DNA of 10,265 nt from an uncultured bacterium (GTDB lineage: Bacteria; Lernaellota; Lernaellaia; Lernaellales; Lernaellaceae): contig CAZHPN010000203.1 of assembly GCA_964534375.1 (NCBI GenBank), forward strand, positions 1 to 10,265, in the 5' to 3' direction. Below the pieces are notes generated by a model. That model saw nothing but the letters and a program-made list of their open reading frames with translations. It ran no database searches and was not told where the DNA came from. Numbering within the stretch: the first letter of the stretch is position 1; the number at the start of each line of letters is the position of its first letter. Made by a program: the position numbers and the translations under genes. Of the stretch, positions 1-6,911 are shown piece by piece.

Positions 1-942
1 GTCGTCGTCGGCGCCGGCGGCGCGGCGAAGGCCGCCGTCTACGCGCTGCGGCAGACGGGCGCGGCGCGCGTGCTGCTGGCGAATCGCACGCTCGCCAAAG
101 CCGAGGCGATCGCCCAAAATCTCGACTGCGAAGCCGCCGAGTTGCCGGCGTTGCGCGACGAATTGCCGGAGACCGACCTGCTCGTCTCCTGCCTGCCGGC
201 GCACGTCAACACCGTCGACCCCGACTGGCTCGACCCCGATCTGGTCGTGCTCGACGCCAATTACGCCGCCTCGCCGCTCGGCGACGCCGCCCGCGAACGC
301 GGCTGCCGCGTGATCAGCGGCCTGTCGTGGTTGCTGCACCAGGCGCTGGCCTCGTTCCGCCTGTTCACCGGCCGGCCCGCGACGCCGGCCGAGATGGAGC
401 CGGCGCTGACGAAGCTGGCGTCGCCGCGCGAGCGGCTGGGCCGCGGCATCGCCTTGATCGGCTTCATGGGCGCCGGCAAGAGCGAGGTCGGCCAGGCGCT
501 GGCGGCGCATCTCGGCCGCCGTTTCGTCGACCTCGACCGCGAGATCGAAACGATGGCCGGCTGTTCCATCGCCGAAATCTTCCAGACCAAAGGCGAACCC
601 GCGTTCCGCCGCATGGAAAGCGAGGCGTTGGCGAAATTGCCCTTCGCGGCCGGCGATGTCGTCGCCTGCGGCGGCGGGGCCGTGCTCGATCCGAACAACC
701 GCCGGCGGCTGCGCAAGAACGCGGTCGTGATCTGGCTCTCGGCGGCGCTCGACGTTTGCGTCGCGCGCGCGTCGGACGGCGCGCGGCCGCTGCTGGCCGC
801 GACCGACGGCCTCTCGGCCGGCGAACTGCACGCGCAACGCCTGCCGCGGTACGCCGAGACGGCGGACCTCGTGGTCGATTCCGGCCGGCGCTCGCTCGAC
901 GCGGTCGTGAAAAAGATCGTCCATGAAATTCGTGAAGCCTAG
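1..942 (+). CDS. aroE-aroK: Shikimate dehydrogenase (C-terminal NADP-binding half) fused to shikimate kinase; 5' end lies outside the window
   Basis: Frame 1 is open from base 1 and reads VVVGAGGAAKAAVYAL...VLLANRT (AroE GAGGA and NRT motifs), then DANY and SGLSWLLHQA (AroE C-terminus). It continues in frame into GFMGAGKS (Walker A), DLD, FRRME, GGGAV and RPLL (shikimate kinase). Stop TAG at 940-942. The ORF-track start at 70 is an internal GTG. Confidence 0.93.
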   Translation, partial: VVVGAGGAAKAAVYALRQTGAARVLLANRTLAKAEAIAQNLDCEAAELPALRDELPETDLLVSCLPAHVNTVDPDWLDPDLVVLDANYAASPLGDAARERGCRVISGLSWLLHQALASFRLFTGRPATPAEMEPALTKLASPRERLGRGIALIGFMGAGKSEVGQALAAHLGRRFVDLDREIETMAGCSIAEIFQTKGEPAFRRMESEALAKLPFAAGDVVACGGGAVLDPNNRRRLRKNAVVIWLSAALDVCVARASDGARPLLAATDGLSAGELHAQRLPRYAETADLVVDSGRRSLDAVVKKIVHEIREA

Positions 943-2176
943 CCGCGTCGACGGGTCCGTCGCCGCCCCGCCCTCCAAAAGCATGACGCAACGGGCCTTC
1001 GCGCTGGCCGCGCTCACCCGCGGCGAGTCCGAGATTCGCCATTTCTCCGTCGCCGACGACGCGCTGTCCGCGCTGGACATCGCCACCGAGTTCGCGGCCG
1101 GCGTCCGGCTCGATCCGGTTTCGCGGTCCATTTTCCTTGCCGGCGGCGGCGCCCCGGAGACCGAGACGCTCGACTGCGGCGAATCCGGCCTCGCCATGCG
1201 CATGTTCGCCGCCGTCGCCGCGCTGCAAAAACGGCCTCTCACGTTGACCGCGACCGGCTCGCTCGCGCGGCGGCCGGTCGGCTTCATCGAAGACACGCTG
1301 CGCGCGCTCGGGGCGGAAGCGCAAACCGCCGGCGGCCTGCCGCCGTTGCGCGTGTGCGGGCCGCTGCGCGGCGGCCGCGCGACGGTCGACGGCGCCGTCA
1401 GTTCGCAGTTCCTTTCGGGCCTGCTGATCGCCTTGCCGCGCTGCCGGCGCCATTCGCGGCTGACGGTCGCGAACCTGAAAAGCAAACCTTACGTGCGCCT
1501 GACGCTGGCGATGGTGCGCCAGGCCGGCGGGATCATTCGCTGCGACGACGACCTCGCCGAATTCGAGATCCCCGGCCGCCAAAAATACCAACCGCAGACG
1601 TACATCGTTGAGCGCGACTGGTCGGGCGCGGCGTTCTTGCTGGCGGCGGGCGCGATCGCCGGGCGCGTCACGGTGCGCGGGCTCGATCCGCAATCCGAGC
1701 AGGCCGACCGCGCGGTGCTCGACGCCCTGCGCCTCGCCGGCGCGCGCGTGGAAATCGGCGGCGACGGCGTCACGGTCGTTCGCGACGAACGGCGCGCCTT
1801 CGCCTTCGACGCGACCGATTGCCCCGACCTTTTTCCGCCGCTGGCCGCCCTCGCCGCCTGCTGCGCGGGCACGAGCGCGCTGACCGGCGTCGGCCGTTTG
1901 CGCCACAAGGAAAGCGACCGCGCCGCGGCGCTGATTGCCGAGTTCGGGAAGATCGGCGCCGCGCTGCGCGTCGATGGCGACGTGCTGCTGGTCGCCGGCG
2001 CGCCGCTGACCGGCGGCGAGGTCGACTCGCACGGCGACCATCGCATCGCCATGGCGCTGGCCGTCGCCGCGCTCGCGAGCCGCGACGGCGTGAACATTCG
2101 CGGCGAAGGCTGCGTCGCCAAATCCTATCCAGATTTTTTCGAGGATTTGCTCTCGATCGCGGAGCCGAAATCATGA
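923..2176 (+). CDS. aroA: 3-phosphoshikimate 1-carboxyvinyltransferase (EPSP synthase)
   Basis: Motifs PPSKS, DCGESG, GSLARRP, SSQFLSG, PY, DCPDL, RLRHKESDR, DHRIAMA and KSYPDFF; 417 aa; overlaps the upstream gene by 20 nt. Confidence 0.97.
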   Translation: MKFVKPSRVDGSVAAPPSKSMTQRAFALAALTRGESEIRHFSVADDALSALDIATEFAAGVRLDPVSRSIFLAGGGAPETETLDCGESGLAMRMFAAVAALQKRPLTLTATGSLARRPVGFIEDTLRALGAEAQTAGGLPPLRVCGPLRGGRATVDGAVSSQFLSGLLIALPRCRRHSRLTVANLKSKPYVRLTLAMVRQAGGIIRCDDDLAEFEIPGRQKYQPQTYIVERDWSGAAFLLAAGAIAGRVTVRGLDPQSEQADRAVLDALRLAGARVEIGGDGVTVVRDERRAFAFDATDCPDLFPPLAALAACCAGTSALTGVGRLRHKESDRAAALIAEFGKIGAALRVDGDVLLVAGAPLTGGEVDSHGDHRIAMALAVAALASRDGVNIRGEGCVAKSYPDFFEDLLSIAEPKS

Positions 2177-3174
2177 ATTCTTTCGGACGAATCTTTCGCG
2201 TGGCGCTGGCCGGCGAATCGCACGGCCCGGCGATTTCCGTCATCGTCGATGGTTGCCCGGCCGGCCTGCCGCTGGCGCCGGACGATTTCGCGGCCGACCT
2301 CGTGCGGCGGCGCCCGGGGCGGGCCGGCACAACGGCGCGCGTCGAGCCCGATCGTTTGCTGATCCAAAGCGGCGTCTTCAACGGCCGCACGACCGGCGCG
2401 CCGTTGCTGCTGCAATTCGCCAACCGCGATCTCGATTCCAGCAGCTACGAGGCGATGAAAAACACGCCGCGGCCCGGCCAGGCCGATTTCGTCGCGCGCG
2501 TCAAATCCGGCGGCTGGAACGACTACCGCGGCGGCGGCACATTCTCCGGCCGGCTGACCGTCGGCCTCGTCGCGGCGGGCGTCGTCGCCAAGAAAATCCT
2601 CGCGCCGGTCGACATCCGCGCCCGCATCGTCGAAATCGGCGGCGCCGCCGATTACGAGGCGCGGCTGGCCGAGGCGGTCGCCGCCGGCGATTCGCTGGGC
2701 GGCGTCGTCGAGTGCGTCGCCCGCGGCCTGCCCGTCGGCCTGGGCGAGCCGTTCTTCGATTCGGCGGAGTCGCTGCTCGCGCACCTCGCCTTCGCGATCC
2801 CGGCGGTGAAAGGAGTCGAATTCGGCGACGGCTTCGCGGCGGCGCGGCTGCGGGGCAGCGAATTCAACGACGCGATCGTCGACCGCGCGGGCCGGACCGC
2901 GACCAACCACGCCGGCGGCATCAACGGCGGCCTGACCAACGGCAATGACCTCGTGTTTCGCGCGGCCGTCCGCCCGCCGGCGAGCATCGCCCTGCCCCTG
3001 CCGTCGGTGGACCTGCTCACCGGCGAGCCGCGCGAACTGCGCATTGTCGGCCGCCACGACGCCTGCATCGCGCTGCGGTTCCCCGTGATCCTCGAAGCCG
3101 CCGCCGCGATCGTGCTGGCCGACCTGATGATGCTCGAGAACCGCATCGCGCGGGTTGTTCGCGGCGACGAATGA
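2173..3174 (+). CDS. aroC: Chorismate synthase (333 aa)
   Basis: ATG at 2173 overlaps the aroA stop (ATGA). The protein begins MNSFGRIFRVALAGESHG and contains RRRPG, GRTTGAP, RPGQAD, RGGGTFSGRLT, DSLGG, IPAVKGVEFG, TNHAGGINGGLTNG and GRHDAC. The ORF-track start at 1819 is an artefactual extension. Confidence 0.97.
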   Translation: MNSFGRIFRVALAGESHGPAISVIVDGCPAGLPLAPDDFAADLVRRRPGRAGTTARVEPDRLLIQSGVFNGRTTGAPLLLQFANRDLDSSSYEAMKNTPRPGQADFVARVKSGGWNDYRGGGTFSGRLTVGLVAAGVVAKKILAPVDIRARIVEIGGAADYEARLAEAVAAGDSLGGVVECVARGLPVGLGEPFFDSAESLLAHLAFAIPAVKGVEFGDGFAAARLRGSEFNDAIVDRAGRTATNHAGGINGGLTNGNDLVFRAAVRPPASIALPLPSVDLLTGEPRELRIVGRHDACIALRFPVILEAAAAIVLADLMMLENRIARVVRGDE

Positions 3175-3200
3175 ATTCGGCGCAATTATGATAGTTTTTT

Positions 3201-3227
3201 GACAGGATCAACAGGATCGACGGGACC
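3201..3227. repeat. Three degenerate 9-mer tandem units
   Basis: GACAGGATC / AACAGGATC / GACGGGACC directly after a T6 run, in the aroC-fadD intergenic region. Confidence 0.55.
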
Positions 3228-3274
3228 GTTTGCACGACCTGGTTCGGGTGACATGCGAGCGCCTTGACGCGGCC

Positions 3275-3302
3275 GACCACTGACCACTGACCACTGGCCA
3301 CA
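3275..3302. repeat. Heptamer tandem repeat (GACCACT)x3 plus one degenerate unit
   Basis: GACCACT GACCACT GACCACT GGCCACA read directly from the sequence. Confidence 0.75.
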
Positions 3303-3371
3303 GTCTTCCGGCCCGCGCCGGGCGCCCTCTTGCGCGAACGGGAAAATAGATTACAAAGGCGTTTACATTTT

Positions 3372-3378
3372 AAGGAGG
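3372..3378 (+). promoter_or_regulatory. Shine-Dalgarno site of fadD
   Basis: AAGGAGG, 6 nt upstream of ATG 3385. Confidence 0.85.
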
Positions 3379-3384
3379 ACACTC

Positions 3385-5211
3385 ATGCCGGCCCAGCTTC
3401 CGAAAATTCCCGGTCCCGACAATTTGATCGCCTTGTTCGAAAACAGCGTGAAAAAGTTCCCGGACAATCCGTTGTTCGGCACGAAAAACGCCCAGAAAAC
3501 CGGCTACGACTGGGTGACGTACCGGCAGGTGGCGCAACGCGTCGATAATTTCCGCGCCGGTTTGGCGGGCCTCGGCGTCAAACGCGGCGACGCCGTCGCG
3601 ATCATCGCCAACAACCGCACCGAGTGGGCCGTGGCCGCCTACGCCACGTACGGCCTCGCCGCGCGGTTCATTCCGATGTACGAGGCGGAATTGGTCCGCA
3701 TTTGGAAGTACATCGTCGCCGACTGCGGCGCGAAAGTGCTGATCGTCGCGCGGCCGTCGATCTACGAAAAGGTGAAGGATTTCCCCGCCGAGATTCCGAC
3801 GCTGAAGCACGTGGTCTTGATCGAAGGCGCCGCCGACGGCGTGACGACCATGGCGGAACTCGAGGCACAGGGCGCGAAAAAGCCGGTGGCGTCGATCCAG
3901 CCGGCCGGCGACGATATCGCCGGGCTCGTTTACACCTCCGGCACGACGGGCAATCCGAAAGGCGTGCTCCTCTCGCACCGCAACCTTTCGAGCAACGCCA
4001 TCGGCGCGCTGATGACCTTCAAGGATTTCGGCCCGACCGATTGCACGCTCTCGTTTCTGCCGTGGGCGCACAGCTTCGGCCAGACCGCCGAATTGCACAT
4101 GCTGGTGTACGTCGGCGCGGGCACCGGCTTCGCCGAAAAAACCGACACCATCATCAGCGATCTGGCGCTGGTGAAGCCGACCATCCTGGTGGGCGTGCCG
4201 CGCATCTTCAACAAGATTTACGAAGGCCTGAACGCCAAGATGAAGGCGCAGGGCGGCGTGGGCAAGTATCTGTACGACATGGGCGTCGCCGCGGCGTCGA
4301 AGCAGCGCCAACTCAAGGCCGAGCGCAAGGCGAGCCTGGTCAACGCGCTGCAGTTGACCGTCGCCGACAAGGTCGTGTTCGCGAAAATCCGCCAGGCTTT
4401 CGGCGGGCGGCTGCGGTTCACGGTCAGTTCCAGCGCGGCGCTGAGCGTCAAGGTCGCCGAGTTCATCGAGGGCCTGGGCATTCCGATTTACGAAGCCTGG
4501 GGCATGACGGAACTGAGCCCGGCGCACACCGTGAACGCGCCCGGCGCGTGCAAAATGGGCAGCGTCGGCCGGCCGATTTTCGGCAGCGCGGTCGAGATCG
4601 ACAAAACCATCACCGGCGAAGACAGCGCCGACGGCGAGATCGTCGCGTACGGTCCGAACGTCATGGTCGGCTATCACAATCTGCCCGAAGAGACGGCCGC
4701 CGTGTTGCGGAAAGACGGCGGGCTGGCCACGGGCGACCGCGGCCGCCTCGACGACGAAGGCTTTCTCTACATCACCGGCCGCATCAAAGAGCAGTACAAG
4801 CTCGAAAACGGCAAGTATGTTTTCCCGTCGGGCATCGAGGAATCGATCACGCTCAGCCCGTACATCGAAAACTGCGTCGTCTGCGGCGACAACAAGCCGT
4901 ACAACGTCGCGCTGCTCGTGCCGAGCTTCCCGGCGCTGAAAAAATGGGCCAAGGAAAACGCCATCCCCGACGCCACGCCGGAGCAACTGGTCGACAATCC
5001 GAAGACCACCGAATTGTTCATGGCGGAAATCAAACGCGTCTGCGGCGAACTCGCCGGCTACGAAATCCCGAAAAAAGTCTTGGTCGTGAAGGAACCGTTC
5101 ACCACCGAAAACGGGATCCTCACGCCGACGCTGAAGGTGAAACGCCGCGAGATCATGAAGCGCTGGGGCAAGGACATCGACGCGCTGTATCAAGGCGGCA
5201 AATCGGCCTGA
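3385..5211 (+). CDS. fadD: Long-chain fatty acid--CoA ligase (AMP-dependent synthetase, FAA1/FadD15-like)
   Basis: YTSGTTGNPKG P-loop, SFLPWAHSFG, EAWGMTE, TGDRG, ITGRIKEQYKLENGKYV and LTPTLKVKR; 608 aa; strong RBS. Confidence 0.93.
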   Translation: MPAQLPKIPGPDNLIALFENSVKKFPDNPLFGTKNAQKTGYDWVTYRQVAQRVDNFRAGLAGLGVKRGDAVAIIANNRTEWAVAAYATYGLAARFIPMYEAELVRIWKYIVADCGAKVLIVARPSIYEKVKDFPAEIPTLKHVVLIEGAADGVTTMAELEAQGAKKPVASIQPAGDDIAGLVYTSGTTGNPKGVLLSHRNLSSNAIGALMTFKDFGPTDCTLSFLPWAHSFGQTAELHMLVYVGAGTGFAEKTDTIISDLALVKPTILVGVPRIFNKIYEGLNAKMKAQGGVGKYLYDMGVAAASKQRQLKAERKASLVNALQLTVADKVVFAKIRQAFGGRLRFTVSSSAALSVKVAEFIEGLGIPIYEAWGMTELSPAHTVNAPGACKMGSVGRPIFGSAVEIDKTITGEDSADGEIVAYGPNVMVGYHNLPEETAAVLRKDGGLATGDRGRLDDEGFLYITGRIKEQYKLENGKYVFPSGIEESITLSPYIENCVVCGDNKPYNVALLVPSFPALKKWAKENAIPDATPEQLVDNPKTTELFMAEIKRVCGELAGYEIPKKVLVVKEPFTTENGILTPTLKVKRREIMKRWGKDIDALYQGGKSA

Positions 5212-5344
5212 CCTGGGACCGCGGGCGTCTCCACCCGCCCTGGGAACGCCGGCGTCTCGCCGGCCAGGTGAACCCGCCGCCGGGACGGCGGCGGTCCCGG
5301 GAGCGGACCTGGGCGCCAAAACCTGCGCGGGTGTCCCCACCCGC
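5212..5344. repeat. Cluster of REP-like GC-rich palindromes
   Basis: CCTGGGACCGCGGGCGTCTCCACCCGC (5212-5238), CCTGGGAACGCCGGCGTCTCGCCGGC (5239-5264), an inverted copy at 5276-5301 (reverse complement CCCGGGACCGCCGCCGTCCCGGCGGC) and a related hairpin GCGGGTG-TCCC-CACCCGC (5327-5344). Confidence 0.7.
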
Positions 5345-5360
5345 AAAATTACACGCCACC

Positions 5361-5395
5361 AAAGGGCGAACGCAATGTTCGCCCTTTTCTATTTT
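5361..5395 (+). terminator. Probable intrinsic terminator for fadD, between convergent genes
   Basis: Perfect 11-bp stem AAAGGGCGAAC-GCAAT-GTTCGCCCTTT (5361-5387) running into TCTATTTT on the + strand. The - strand has only a weak U tail. Confidence 0.7.
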
Positions 5396-6636
5396 GCGTT
5401 CGTGCCCTCGCCGGCCGGGTCGGCCAGCCCCGTCATACGGAAGATGGCGGCGTCGTAATCTCGCAGTTGTTTCAGCTTTCCGCAGCCGTCGGCGTAGTGA
5501 TGGTCGCACGCCCACTTGTATGCTTCTCGCGCTCGATCGCCGTTCGGCCTGACGCCGCCGACGCCGTACTCGTACGCATAGCCAAGGTCGACGCACCGGC
5601 TGGGTTTGTCGCGTTCGCACCTCTCCGCGAACAGCCTGCGCGCGCGCTCTGCTTCCTCCATCCTCGGGTTGCCGCAAATCTCGCGGTAGCAATACGGACC
5701 TTCCGGCAAGTCGGCCGCGCATTTCGCGTCTTGCGGAAAACCACAGTCGCCCGTGCGGAAACAGCCGCCAAGACCGCAGCATCCGCGCCAATCTCCGCCA
5801 TCGCACGACTGCAGGTAGAGTTCGCCCGCGCGTTCCCTGTCTTTCGCGATGCCGCATCCTCCGTCGGAGAAGCAGTCGCCAAGCGCCGCGCACGCCGCGG
5901 CCCCGCCGCGGCGGCAGGCGTACTCGTACAGTACAACCGCACGCTGCGGGTCTTTCGCGACCTCGCATCCGCCGTAATCAAAGCAATCGCCGAGCGCCGC
6001 GCACGCCGCCATTCGGCCCACCAGGCATTCTTTCGCATGTTGCTTGCCTGGGCGGTCGCGGACGGTTTTGATTGCGTCGCGATATTCGCTGCTAATCATG
6101 GCCGTGAGAGATTTGCACGCGGCCGAATCACCGCCTTGACACGCTTGATCATATAATTCCGTCGCGCTTCTCGCGTCTTTCCGAAGCGCGCAATTTCCGC
6201 GTTCGAAGCACCAGGCGAGGTTGGCGCAACCGCGCAGATTGCCGCCGTCGCACGCTTTCTCGAACAACTCGCCGGCGCGCCGCTCGTCTTTCGCCACTCC
6301 GCACCGCCCGTTTGACAGGCAATAGCCGAGGCCGACGCAGCCGTCCAGGACGCCGCCGTCGCGCGCTTTCTCGAACAACTCGCCCGCGCGCTGCTCGTCG
6401 GTCACCAGAACATGAGCGCCCTTTTCGAAGGCCATGCCGAGCTCGGCGCAGGCCAGAGCGTCGCCATCGTCGCAGGCTTGGCGATACGATTCGCGGTCGG
6501 GGTTGTCAGGTTGCACGATCTTCGTCCCGGACCGTTGGGCGCCGCGTTCGTCCGAATTGCACGCAAGACCGACGACGGCCACGAGCGTCAGACTGAAGGT
6601 CCGCAACAATGCCAAGGCCATCTTGCCGCCGCTCAT
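5389..6636 (-). CDS. Cysteine-rich Sel1-like repeat protein (Hcp-like), probable lipoprotein
   Basis: Repeats of the form ACDGG..GC..LG....G...KD..RA.ELF.K. The N-terminal hydrophobic stretch LALLRTFSLTLVAVVGLA ends in Cys26 followed by NSDE (imperfect lipobox). ATG 6636 chosen because GGAGG (6641-6645, - strand) precedes it; alternative starts are 6654 and 6621. Confidence 0.85.
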   Translation of the reverse strand: MSGGKMALALLRTFSLTLVAVVGLACNSDERGAQRSGTKIVQPDNPDRESYRQACDDGDALACAELGMAFEKGAHVLVTDEQRAGELFEKARDGGVLDGCVGLGYCLSNGRCGVAKDERRAGELFEKACDGGNLRGCANLAWCFERGNCALRKDARSATELYDQACQGGDSAACKSLTAMISSEYRDAIKTVRDRPGKQHAKECLVGRMAACAALGDCFDYGGCEVAKDPQRAVVLYEYACRRGGAAACAALGDCFSDGGCGIAKDRERAGELYLQSCDGGDWRGCCGLGGCFRTGDCGFPQDAKCAADLPEGPYCYREICGNPRMEEAERARRLFAERCERDKPSRCVDLGYAYEYGVGGVRPNGDRAREAYKWACDHHYADGCGKLKQLRDYDAAIFRMTGLADPAGEGTNAK

Positions 6637-6911
6637 TTTCCCTCCGAGAAACATCCCGCCGGCGCTACGAATTGGAACACCGATTCATTGGACACATTCG
6701 ACGCCGGTTTCGTTACGCGATCAAGGGGAAGGTCAGCGGGGAATTCCCGGGCCAGTATATTTCTCGCGGTCGTTCATTCCCGCGTCGGTCGCACGAGGGC
6801 TAGCATGAGGCACGACGCCCGAATCTCGACGCCGAAATTCCTGCGCGCGTCCGCTAACCAACGTTTTCCGCTTCGCGGCGGCCGGCGGATAGCATCGTCA
6901 GCGAAATACTG

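Noticed and set aside
464..2041. Long antisense and alternative-frame ORFs over the aro operon (464-2041, 2125-3057, 327-926 and others)
   Set aside because: They overlap genes with clear enzyme motifs, are Arg/Ala/Gly-rich and lack motifs; typical shadow ORFs of high-GC DNA.
5212..5344. CRISPR array (also considered for 10141-10238)
   Set aside because: No constant repeats separated by unique spacers of regular length, and no cas genes.
3370..5552. 658-aa minus-strand and 642-aa plus-strand ORFs over fadD
   Set aside because: Shadow frames of a well-supported gene, with no recognisable motifs.
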